Source: Candidatus Levybacteria bacterium RIFCSPLOWO2_02_FULL_37_18 (GTDB lineage Bacteria; Patescibacteriota; Microgenomatia; Levybacterales; UBA12049). Taken from it: a DNA stretch of 64,000 nt. The DNA is taken from positions 28,869 through 92,868 of the forward strand of contig MFPD01000011.1 in assembly GCA_001784115.1 (NCBI GenBank), given 5' to 3'. Both the position numbers and the translations under genes were made by a program. Positions 1 to 8,664 of this stretch are shown piece by piece (position 1 is the first letter of the stretch; the number at the start of each line of letters is the position of its first letter). Below the pieces are notes generated by a model that ran no database searches, had not been told where the DNA came from, and saw only the letters and a program-made list of their open reading frames with translations.

Positions 1-2223
1 ATTTTCTTCAATGGCCGCAATTTTTTCTTCCGCCTTAGCAATGAGATTATTCTTTTCTTCAATCATTTCATTGTCAAACACAGAAACCGATATTCCTGAA
101 ATGGTGGATCCATAAAATCCAAATTCTTTAATACTGTCAATTAGTTTAGCTACTTCTTCATCGTCGCACGTTGCGATAGCTTCGGTTATTATCTTTTTAA
201 TTCCGGATGCTTTTATAGCTGTATTTACATACCCAAGTTTTTTGGGTAATCTTTCGTTAAACAGAAGTCTCCCAATAGTTGTTTCGAAAACTCCTCCGTC
301 GATTCTGACCATAATCGGTTCGCGAAGACCAATTTTCTCAAATGAATATGCAAGTATTGCTTCCTGTCTGTCTATAAAAGAAGACATATGTTCCTTACTC
401 AAACTTTCATCAATTGTCGTAAGGTAAAAAGTGCCCAAAGCCATTTCTTTATTTGGCAATGTAATAGGGCTTCCATCTGCGGGCTTTAATAGATTGTGGT
501 TTGGCATCATTAAAAGTATGGCTTCTTCTTGAGCTTTTTTAGAAAGAGGTATATGAACAGCCATTTGGTCTCCGTCAAAGTCTGCGTTGTACCCGGCACA
601 AACACAGGGATGAAGCTGAATTGCTGATCCCTCTGTAAGTACAGGATAAAATGCCTGAATTCCTAATTTATGGAGTGTTGGCGCCCGGTTAAGTAAAACC
701 GGGTGATTTTTTGTAATTTCTTCCAAAATATCAAATACTTGAGGCGGTTTTTTCTCGATAAACCGTTTGGCAGATTTGATATTTGGAGCAAAACCTCTGA
801 CAATTACTTCTCGCAACACAAAGGGTTTAAACATCTCAAGCGCCATTTCTTTTGGCAACCCACATTCGTTTAGCTTTAGATGTGGACCAACCACAATAAC
901 TGACCGTCCTGAATAATCTACACGTTTTCCCAAAAGATTTTGCCTAAATCTACCTTGTTTGCCTCGTAACATTTCAGAAAGAGAACGAAGCGGAGAAACC
1001 ACAACCTGAGTTGCACGAGGCGACACATCAATAAGTGAATCGACTGATTCCTGAAGCATTCGTTTTTCGTTTCTTAAAATAATTTCTGGAGCACCCAAAG
1101 CGATAAGATGTTTCAACCTGTTATTTCTATTTATGACCCGTCTGTACAAATCATTCAAATCAGATGTGGCAAATCGTCCTCCAGCAAGCTGTACCATGGG
1201 TCTTAAATCGGGAGGAAGAACCGGTAAAACGGTAAATACCATAGATGTAGACTTAATACCTGCTTTTCTCATGCCGTCTATGAGTCTAAGCCGTTTTACT
1301 ACTTTAAGATACTTCTGCCCGGTTGTTTTTTGTGCTTCTTCTCGAAGAGAGTTGGTCAAAGCAGTAAAATCAATTTTTTGCAAGAGTTCAAAAAGCGCTT
1401 CCGCACCAGTCTTGACGGTAAAAAACTGAGGAATGTCGTATTCTAAAATCTTAAAATATTCTTCTTCGGATAATACGCTTCCTACCTTAAGATTTCTGAC
1501 TATATGAACCAAAGCATCTGATATTTCTTCAAGTTTTTTTTCTTCCTCTTCAAAACGTTCTGTAATTGCAGCCATTTTTTGCCGTTTTAAGTATTCCAGT
1601 TCTTCACCTATGAGGTCTTTCTGCTCCTTGTTGATGCTGGTTAATTTTGCTTCAAGACGCTTTTGTAAAATTTCTTCAGTAACACGCTTCTCTTCCTCTG
1701 CTAAATCTTTTTTTTTGAGCTTTTTTCGCTCAACCAAAGAAGCAGAAAGAGTTTTAAATGCTTCTTTTTTCTTGTCTTCGTTAATATTAACTATAAGATA
1801 TGAGGCATAATAAATAACCGACTCCAAATCTTTTTGTGAAATATCTAAAAGTAAAGACGTGGGAGACGAAGCACCCTTAAAAAACCATACATGCGATACC
1901 GCAGATGCAAGGATAATATGTCCAACTCTCTCTCTTCTGACTCGGGAAAGCGTTACTTCTACACCGCATTTGTCACAAATAATTCCTCTATATCTAATTC
2001 TTTTATATTTACCACAGTAGCACTCCCAGTCTTTTGTGGGGCCAAAAATTCTCTCGTCAAACAAACCGTCTTTTTCCGGACGAAGCGTCCTGTAGTTAAT
2101 TGTTTCAGGCTTCGTGACCTCGCCATACGACCAATTAAGAATATCTTCTTTACTGGCAAGTAAAATTTTAAGCGATTTAAAATCTAATATTGTTGGATCT
2201 TTTATTTTTTTGCTGCTATTCAT
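1..2223 (-). CDS. rpoC: DNA-directed RNA polymerase subunit beta' (N-terminal part; gene continues beyond window start)
   Basis: Reverse-strand translation from ATG (complement of 2221-2223) gives MNSSKKIKDPTILDFKSLKI...NYRTLRPEKDGLFDERIFGP...CYCGKYKRIRYRGIICDKCGVEV...NRAPTLHKLGIQAF...ADFDGDQMAVH. These are canonical beta' zinc-finger and NADFDGD motifs. Gene lies 21 bp downstream of the rpoB stop. Not in the ORF track because the frame runs off the window edge. Confidence 0.9.
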   Translation of the reverse strand, partial: MNSSKKIKDPTILDFKSLKILLASKEDILNWSYGEVTKPETINYRTLRPEKDGLFDERIFGPTKDWECYCGKYKRIRYRGIICDKCGVEVTLSRVRRERVGHIILASAVSHVWFFKGASSPTSLLLDISQKDLESVIYYASYLIVNINEDKKKEAFKTLSASLVERKKLKKKDLAEEEKRVTEEILQKRLEAKLTSINKEQKDLIGEELEYLKRQKMAAITERFEEEEKKLEEISDALVHIVRNLKVGSVLSEEEYFKILEYDIPQFFTVKTGAEALFELLQKIDFTALTNSLREEAQKTTGQKYLKVVKRLRLIDGMRKAGIKSTSMVFTVLPVLPPDLRPMVQLAGGRFATSDLNDLYRRVINRNNRLKHLIALGAPEIILRNEKRMLQESVDSLIDVSPRATQVVVSPLRSLSEMLRGKQGRFRQNLLGKRVDYSGRSVIVVGPHLKLNECGLPKEMALEMFKPFVLREVIVRGFAPNIKSAKRFIEKKPPQVFDILEEITKNHPVLLNRAPTLHKLGIQAFYPVLTEGSAIQLHPCVCAGYNADFDGDQMAVHIPLSKKAQEEAILLMMPNHNLLKPADGSPITLPNKEMALGTFYLTTIDESLSKEHMSSFIDRQEAILAYSFEKIGLREPIMVRIDGGVFETTIGRLLFNERLPKKLGYVNTAIKASGIKKIITEAIATCDDEEVAKLIDSIKEFGFYGSTISGISVSVFDNEMIEEKNNLIAKAEEKIAAIEEN

Positions 2224-2244
2224 AGCTATTCATAGCATAGAATT

Positions 2245-5200
2245 TTATTCTCTTGCTTCTTTATCTACATTTGCCTCCGGAACTATACTTGTTTTCAAAT
2301 CCCCCGTTGCAACTTCACTTGCGCCTAATTGCCTTTGCATTTCATTTGCTTCTTGTTTGACTTTTTCTTCTTGACTTGCAGACATAATCCCTTCTGTTGG
2401 TTCCGCCTCAACTATTATGGCGGGTTTTATGGGTACGACATTGAGTCCCAAAGCCTGAAGTTCTTTAATCAAAACTTTAAACGATTCAGGAACTTTTGGT
2501 GTTGGGATATCAGTCCCTTTTACAATAGCCTCAAATGCTTTTGCTCTTCCAACGACATCATCTGATTTAATGGTTAACATTTCTTGTAGTGTATAGGCAG
2601 CTCTATGAGCTTCAAGTGCCCATACTTCCATTTCTCCCAGTCTTTGTCCTCCCATTTGTGCTTTTCCACCGAGCGGTTGCTGGGTAACTAAAGAATAAGG
2701 TCCTGTAGAACGGGCATGAGTTTTATCCTCAACCATATGAATAAGTTTCATCATATATTCGATGCCCACCATAACTGGGTTTTTATACGCTTCGCCTGTT
2801 CTTCCGTCATAAAGCGTAACCTTTCCGTTTACAGGAAGACCAGCTTTTTTAAGCACAGATACGATTTTATCTTCTTTTATGTCTTCGAATACAGGAACTG
2901 CAAGCTTTGTAGAGAGTTTTTTTGCTGCCCAACCCAAATGAGCTTCTAAAAGCTGACCTAAATTCATACGAGCCAAAACCGAAATCGGAGAAATTACGAT
3001 ATCAACCGGCGTACCGTCCTCTAAACACGGCATATCTGCAACGGGTAAAATCTTTGAAATAACTCCTTTGTTGCCGTGTCTTCCTGCCAGCTTATCTCCT
3101 ACAACTACGTGTCTAAATTGGGCTACCTCAACGATAATTTTTCGAATCGCCCCCGGCTCTAATTCGTCACCCTTTTTCCTGTCCAATATCGAAACACTGA
3201 TTACTGTCCCTCTTTCCCCATGAGGTATGCGCAACGATGTGTCTCTGACTTCTCTTGCTTGCTCTCCAAAGATTGCCCGAAGCAGTCTTTCTTCTGCGGT
3301 TAGTTCTGTTTCTCCTTTTGGAGCGATTTTACCCACTAGTATATCTCCCGGTCCCACTTCGCTTCCAATAACCACAATTCCATCTTCGTCTAAATTTGCC
3401 AAATCTTCATCAGAAACATTAGGAATATCCCTTGTGGTTTCTTCCGGACCAAGTTTTGTTTCTACAACAGAAGCTTCGTATTTCTCGATATGAATTGACG
3501 ACAACACATCTTCTTTAACGAGCCTGTCGGAAATAACAATTGCATCTTCATACCCCAAGCCGTCTAAAGAAGCATACGCTATTAAAAGATTCTGTCCCAA
3601 AGCCAACTCTCCATTTTCAGACGCGGGACCATCAATTAATACATCTCCTTTTCTAACTCTTTGCCCACGAAGTACGTATAGTTTTTGCGTATACGAGGTT
3701 GCTTGTGAAGTTCGTTTGAATGATTCAATGGTATAGGTCACTTTTTGACCTTTGTCACCTTGGAATACTAAGCTACTTGCGTCAGCATGAAGCACTCTTC
3801 CATCGAATGGGGCTCTGACAACCCGATTCATAACCCCTGAGACTTCCCTTTCCATATTTGTCCCAACCACAGGGCTCTCGGGTTTAACAAGCGGTACTGC
3901 CTGACACTGCATATGGGTTCCCATAAGCGCCCTGTTTGCTTCGTCGTGATTAATAAATGGAATTAAAGAAGCCGCTGTCCCAAATACCTGTCTTGGGATG
4001 ACGTCAATGTATTCTATTTTCTCTTTGTCAACTTCTATAAATTCTCCTCTAAATCGAACAGGCACTCTCTCCGCTTCGATGGTATCTTTATCAGACAAAA
4101 CCAACGCGGCAGTTATATAATGCTCTGCTTCATCATCAGCGTCTAGGTATACAATTTCATCGGTTGCTTTTATGGTTATTTTTCCTCCTCGTTTTTCTTT
4201 TACTACTTTTCTGTACGGCGCTTCTAAAAATCCACAATCATTGACTCGTGTGTATAACGCCATGTATGTAACAAGACCAATATTAGGTCCCTCAGGAGAC
4301 CTGATTGGGCAAATTCGGGAATACTGAGAACTGTTTATATCCCGAATTGAAAATGCTGCTCGTTCTCTTGAGATTCCACCGGTTCCCATAACTGTCAGTC
4401 TGTTTAAATTATCAATTTCAGAAAGCGGATTAGTCTGATCTAAAATAGTTGATAATTGTGATGTTCTAAAAAACTCATTAATAGAAGCCATAATTGGTCG
4501 GGCATTAATCAAACTAGCAACAGATACCGGAATATCCGGCTGGATAAGACTCATACGCTCTTTAATACTTCGCTCAAGTCGTAAAACTCCTACTCGAAAT
4601 GCCGTGGTTGCAACCAATTCTCCTACTCTTCTGACTCGTCTATTGGCCAAACTGTCGATATCATCAACCGTACCCTGTCCGCTCTTCAAAAGAATTAAAT
4701 ACCCAATGGTTGCAATAATATCTTCTATTGCAAGAACTCTTTCCTCTGTGGTTCTAAAGCCTGGTACATTTGATAACTTTTTGTTTATTTTGTATCTACC
4801 AACAGTTCCTAAGTCGTATCTCCTGTTATTAAAAAATAGGCTAATAAAGTTTTCTCTTACTTTATCTAACACAACAGGCTCACCTGGGTGCATTTTTTTA
4901 AAGATTTCGATTGTGGCTTCTGTTTCGTTTTGGGTTTCGTCTTTCTCAAGGGTATTTTCGATAAACGATTTTTCACCATTTTCTATACTTGAATCTTTAA
5001 GTGCTGCAAATTTATCCAAAATGTTTTGATTTGAAGAAAGACCTAATGCTCTTAAAAAGGTAGTTACGGGAAATTTCCTTCGCCTATCGATTTTTACGCT
5101 AATCGTATCGTGCCGGGTTGTAGAAAATTCTAACCACGAACCATGAATAGGCCTAATTTCTGCTATATATAAAGGTTTTCCTGTAACCGGATCTGGCACA

Positions 5201-5643
5201 GAAGTATAAAAAACGCCCGGAGAACGGACGAGTTGGTTAACAACAGCTCTTTCAATACCATTAATAATAAAAGTACCCCTATCGGTCATTTGCGGGATAT
5301 CTCCTAAAAACACTTCTGCTGTGTGATTTTTGCCTGTTTTTTTATTAGTTAGAATTGCTTTTACGTATAAAGGAGCATCAAAAGTCAAGCCTTTTGCTAA
5401 AGCTGTAACAGGATCATTTGTGGTTTTCCCCAAACGGTAATTAGTTAAAGACAATGTCCAATTTTTTTCTGTGAAATCGTCAATTGGAGAAATTTCATGT
5501 AAAATCTCTCCGATTGCTTTTTCTTCAAACCACTTATAAGACTGTTTTTGTGCGGCAAGTAAATCCAATTGAGGCTCAATAGAGTATTTTCTTCCCCAAT
5601 TCTCTCGTACTATGTTGTTTGTTTTTGTATCTTTTTTAGCCAT
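2245..5643 (-). CDS. rpoB: DNA-directed RNA polymerase subunit beta
   Basis: 1132-aa ORF with conserved beta-subunit blocks throughout (e.g. GTHMQCQAVPL, NMEREVSGV, GDKLAGRHGNKGVISKI, MVGIEYMMKL). Conserved rpoB-rpoC adjacency. Confidence 0.97.
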   Translation of the reverse strand: MAKKDTKTNNIVRENWGRKYSIEPQLDLLAAQKQSYKWFEEKAIGEILHEISPIDDFTEKNWTLSLTNYRLGKTTNDPVTALAKGLTFDAPLYVKAILTNKKTGKNHTAEVFLGDIPQMTDRGTFIINGIERAVVNQLVRSPGVFYTSVPDPVTGKPLYIAEIRPIHGSWLEFSTTRHDTISVKIDRRRKFPVTTFLRALGLSSNQNILDKFAALKDSSIENGEKSFIENTLEKDETQNETEATIEIFKKMHPGEPVVLDKVRENFISLFFNNRRYDLGTVGRYKINKKLSNVPGFRTTEERVLAIEDIIATIGYLILLKSGQGTVDDIDSLANRRVRRVGELVATTAFRVGVLRLERSIKERMSLIQPDIPVSVASLINARPIMASINEFFRTSQLSTILDQTNPLSEIDNLNRLTVMGTGGISRERAAFSIRDINSSQYSRICPIRSPEGPNIGLVTYMALYTRVNDCGFLEAPYRKVVKEKRGGKITIKATDEIVYLDADDEAEHYITAALVLSDKDTIEAERVPVRFRGEFIEVDKEKIEYIDVIPRQVFGTAASLIPFINHDEANRALMGTHMQCQAVPLVKPESPVVGTNMEREVSGVMNRVVRAPFDGRVLHADASSLVFQGDKGQKVTYTIESFKRTSQATSYTQKLYVLRGQRVRKGDVLIDGPASENGELALGQNLLIAYASLDGLGYEDAIVISDRLVKEDVLSSIHIEKYEASVVETKLGPEETTRDIPNVSDEDLANLDEDGIVVIGSEVGPGDILVGKIAPKGETELTAEERLLRAIFGEQAREVRDTSLRIPHGERGTVISVSILDRKKGDELEPGAIRKIIVEVAQFRHVVVGDKLAGRHGNKGVISKILPVADMPCLEDGTPVDIVISPISVLARMNLGQLLEAHLGWAAKKLSTKLAVPVFEDIKEDKIVSVLKKAGLPVNGKVTLYDGRTGEAYKNPVMVGIEYMMKLIHMVEDKTHARSTGPYSLVTQQPLGGKAQMGGQRLGEMEVWALEAHRAAYTLQEMLTIKSDDVVGRAKAFEAIVKGTDIPTPKVPESFKVLIKELQALGLNVVPIKPAIIVEAEPTEGIMSASQEEKVKQEANEMQRQLGASEVATGDLKTSIVPEANVDKEARE

Positions 5644-5673
5644 TTGCTTTCTTATATTGCGGGCCGTTTACAA

Positions 5674-5702
5674 CAAAAAAAATAAGCAGTCCCACAGGAC
5701 TG
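5674..5702 (-). terminator. Hairpin (CAGUCC-ugug-GGACUG) followed by a U8 tract in the rpoB 5' leader; candidate attenuator/intrinsic terminator
   Basis: Minus-strand RNA reads agaugaCAGUCCugugGGACUGcuuauuuuuuuu. It lies 30-60 nt upstream of the rpoB ATG (5643). Confidence 0.4.
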
Positions 5703-5803
5703 TCATCTTTTAGAAAAGATAGAGTAAACTACTTATAACACACCTTGAACAGCGGTGTCAAGGCCTGAAAATATTGGTAACTGTTTACACTTCTGACACG
5801 ATT

Positions 5804-5918
5804 TTGTCATTCTGGAGGCTGAAAGCCGACTTGCCTGCCGGCAGGTAGGTAGAATCTCTCCCAAAGTTAGATGCTATCGCTACGCCGAGTCAGACTCGGC
5901 TGCGCTCCAGCATGACAA
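5804..5918. mobile_element. MITE-like palindromic element copy A (TIR attttgtcattctgg / ccagcatgacaattt)
   Basis: Terminal inverted repeat ttgtcattctggag...ctccagcatgacaa (13/14). Internal palindromes cctgccggcagg and gccgagtcagactcggc; the latter 15-mer is shared with copy B. Flanked by imperfect direct repeats aactgtttacac (5779-5790) and aactgtgaatagttacaca (5927-5945). Confidence 0.55.
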
Positions 5919-6105
5919 TTTTATTAGAACTGTGAATAGTTACACATTTGAAACTAACAAGTTGACATACCTAAGGATTTTTAATTATTGAACATTCTTT
6001 TCAAAAGAGATACCAGACGCGGTTAAATAGTTCTTCTAAATGAGACCGTAGTGGAATGGGTATTTTCAAATGGGGTTTTGTCGGTCCAACAAATCTGGTA
6101 TTTAC

Positions 6106-6474
6106 TTATTTCTGACAAAGTATGTCGAGTAAATCCATTTGCTCATGAGGAAACTCATGACTATACCCATATTTTCCAGAATCAGTGACTATATATTCAA
6201 CCGAATCATCAAGCATTAAACGAGTAAAATGAGCCAGTCTTCCATTTCCCCCACCAACTTCTAAAACTCGAATCGGTTTACCTGCTGATGCTCCTAATCC
6301 TTTCGCACGCAAATGTAAATATCGAGAAAATGCGTCAATAAACTCAACGGTTAATAGTTCGTAAAAATTCTTTCTACTCTTAGAATCTATACCAAAACAA
6401 AATAAATCCCATTCATTTTTATCAGAGGGTACGCTATGGTCAAAAACAGACCATACTTCTACAAGAGTTGGCAA
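6106..6474 (-). pseudogene. Fragment of a class I SAM-dependent methyltransferase (N-terminal part incl. motif I; no ATG start, C-terminal half missing)
   Basis: Translation contains VLEVGGGNGRLAHF (motif I, GxGxG) and the post-I acidic residue (YIVTD). The frame ends ~25 aa later. The only ATG codons are near the 3' end, and a TAG lies 3 codons upstream of the TTG used by the ORF caller. Sits between MITE-like copies A and B. Confidence 0.5.
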
Positions 6475-6555
6475 ATGCTTCGGATCATTTAATCGCTATC
6501 TTATTGCTTCTTTACTATCTACTTCCTGCTTTTCTAAAACTTCTATCATATTAAG

Positions 6556-6675
6556 ACTGTGAGTGAGACATAATTCACATTGTCATGCTGGATTTATTTC
6601 ACCGAGTCAGACTCGGTTTCAGCATCTCCATTTTATAGATTCTGAATCAAGTTCAGAATGACATTTATGTCCCAG
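6556..6675. mobile_element. MITE-like palindromic element copy B with 10-bp flanking direct repeat (tcatattaag)
   Basis: Exact 10-bp direct repeat tcatattaag at 6546-6555 and 6676-6685. Terminal inverted repeat tgagacataa (6563-6572) / ttatgtccca (6664-6673) matches 9/10. Internal ttgtcatgctgg...cagaatgacat, ccgagtcagactcgg (identical to copy A) and attctgaatcaagttcagaat palindromes. Confidence 0.6.
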
Positions 6676-7208
6676 TCATATTAAGCGTATATCAAAAGTA
6701 AATTCTTGAAAGACGTTCTTCAGATTATTGGTAGTAGCTCAAATTGAAGTAGACATTATTTCACCTTAAACATTCTTATTTACGTATAATCTAGAAAAAA
6801 TACTTGCACTAATCTAAAAACAAAAAATAGGATTGACCATGCCAGAAAAAATAGAAAAATTAGTAATGGTATTGAGATTACTCATTTTACCATTTAGGCC
6901 ACTTCGCCCATTTCGGGGCTAAAATCAAACCTATTGGGTATACAAAGATCAGAAGTAAGACAGTAATAATAGATTTTGTATCCTCAGACATTCCATGATT
7001 TTTCTGCACCATAATTTCATTAAACTCTCTCTGTATTTGTCAAGAGTCAAAAAGATCAAAAAATTGTGATGTTTTTGTGATTAGAAATCCCGTGGAAAAT
7101 TAGAAAACAAATAGACGATTAAAATCTGAATTAGTTTCAATGTTTTGAAACATTTAAACTCATTCACCTTATCTATTTTACTCTTTTAGGAAAGCTTGTA
7201 AAGGGTGT

Positions 7209-7236
7209 TTGTCTGGAATTGTGTTCGTGCTATAAT
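7209..7236 (+). promoter_or_regulatory. Candidate sigma70-type promoter with extended -10 (TGcTATAAT) for alaS; start codon only ~7 nt downstream (possible leaderless mRNA)
   Basis: tgcTATAAT at 7228-7236, weak -35 ttgtct at 7209-7214 (16-bp spacer). alaS ATG at 7243. Confidence 0.4.
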
Positions 7237-7242
7237 CTTTCT

Positions 7243-8655
7243 ATGACGGCAAAAGATATTATTGATACCTACATTTCTTTTTTCGAAGAAAGAGGACACA
7301 AAAAAATTGAAAATTCTCCGCTTGTATTGCAAAATGATCCGACAACTCTTTTCACAAGTGCCGGCATGCAGCCCTTAGTGCCATATTTGCTGGGAAAAGA
7401 ACATCCAGAAGGAAAAAGATTGGTAAATGTACAAAACTGTTTTCGCGCTCAGGATATTGATGAAGTCGGAGACAACAGACATACTACGTTTTTTAGAATG
7501 CTTGGCAATTGGAGTCTTGGGGATTATTTTAAAAAAGAAGAAGTTTCCTGGTTTTGGGAATTCTTAACCCAAAAGCTTACTATTCCAAAAGAACGGTTAT
7601 ACATAACAGTATTTAAAGGAACAAATGAAATTCCAAAAGACGAAGAAGCAGAGCAAGTTTGGAAAGAAATAATTCTACAGGAAGGAATGAATCCGAAAGA
7701 ACGGATTCTTTATTACGGTACAAAAAAAAATTGGTGGTCGCGCTCCGGAGTTCCGGAAAATATGCCTGCCGGAGAACCGGGAGGACCGGACACTGAAGTT
7801 TTTTATCGATTTAATATAGAGCATAATCCTGCTTTTGGAGATGTGTGCCACCCAAATTGCGACTGTGGCCGATTTATGGAAATTGCAAACTCAGTATTTA
7901 TGCAGTATGTTAAGCAGGAAAATGGATCATTCAAAGAGCTTCCTAAAAAAAATGTAGATTTTGGCGGAGGACTCGAAAGACTTCTTGCAGCAGTTGAAAA
8001 TATGCAGGACGTATTCCAAACCTCTCTTTTTGCTCCCATAGTTGCCGGAATTTCCCATGCAATTAACAAACCGTATTCTGAAGAATCAAAAGAAATTCGA
8101 ATTATTGCCGACCATTTTATTTCTGCCTGTTTTATTGCAGCAAATGACGTAATACCTTCTAATAAAGAACAAGGATATATTTTAAGAAGATTAATCAGAA
8201 GAGGACTTGACAGTTTTTATCAGCTGCAGGGAGGAAATCTTTCAGAGATTATCGAAACTATTGTTGATCAATATAAGAATACCGATCAGATTCTTTTAAC
8301 TAAGTTTGAACATATTAAGAACACAATTCTTGCCGAAGAAAATAGCTACAGTCAAACACGAAGAAACGCAAGGAAACTTATTACCAGAAAATATCCTTCG
8401 GCAAGCCATTCGGCCCGAGTTCAGGCCGAGGGCTTGGGGCAAGCAAGAATTGGAGATGAATTAAAAGGACAGGTTGAAATCTCGACAGAAGACGCTTTTG
8501 TGTTGTATACAGCTCACGGTCTTTCTCCTGCTCAAATTAAAAGCCTCGGGTTTTTGTTTAATGAGGATGAATTTGTACAAAAAATGAAAGAACACCAGCA
8601 GCGCTCAAAAATGTCAGGTACAAAAAAATTCGACAGAGTCAAAGAAATTAGGTAA
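7243..8655 (+). CDS. alaS: Alanyl-tRNA synthetase, catalytic/tRNA-recognition fragment only (no editing or C-Ala domain)
   Basis: MTAKDIIDTYISFFEERGHKKIENSPLVLQNDPTTLFTSAGMQPL aligns with the E. coli AlaRS N-terminus ([22 protein letters not shown]...NDPTLLFTNAGM). The C-terminal end ...FVLYTAHGLSPAQIKSLGF...EHQQRS matches E. coli ~400-460 (FRLYDTYGFPVDL...EAAMEEQRRRA). The stop immediately follows. Confidence 0.85.
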   Translation: MTAKDIIDTYISFFEERGHKKIENSPLVLQNDPTTLFTSAGMQPLVPYLLGKEHPEGKRLVNVQNCFRAQDIDEVGDNRHTTFFRMLGNWSLGDYFKKEEVSWFWEFLTQKLTIPKERLYITVFKGTNEIPKDEEAEQVWKEIILQEGMNPKERILYYGTKKNWWSRSGVPENMPAGEPGGPDTEVFYRFNIEHNPAFGDVCHPNCDCGRFMEIANSVFMQYVKQENGSFKELPKKNVDFGGGLERLLAAVENMQDVFQTSLFAPIVAGISHAINKPYSEESKEIRIIADHFISACFIAANDVIPSNKEQGYILRRLIRRGLDSFYQLQGGNLSEIIETIVDQYKNTDQILLTKFEHIKNTILAEENSYSQTRRNARKLITRKYPSASHSARVQAEGLGQARIGDELKGQVEISTEDAFVLYTAHGLSPAQIKSLGFLFNEDEFVQKMKEHQQRSKMSGTKKFDRVKEIR

Positions 8656-8664
8656 TATATACCT

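Noticed and set aside
1959-2159. 66-aa ORF on the minus strand inside the rpoC region, and similar short ORFs overlapping rpoB (2114-2374, 2329-2565, 2716-2949, 3227-3493, 4604-5029)
   Set aside because: All lie in alternative frames of strongly conserved rpoB/rpoC coding sequence. They are compositionally biased and not independent genes.
6676-7242. T-box riboswitch or tRNA gene in the long non-coding region upstream of alaS
   Set aside because: No T-box consensus (AATTAGGGTGGNACCGCG), no cloverleaf with GTTCRANYC T-loop and no specifier/antiterminator pairing could be recognised by eye. The region is AT-rich with only a 24-codon ORF. An unrecognised ncRNA cannot be excluded.
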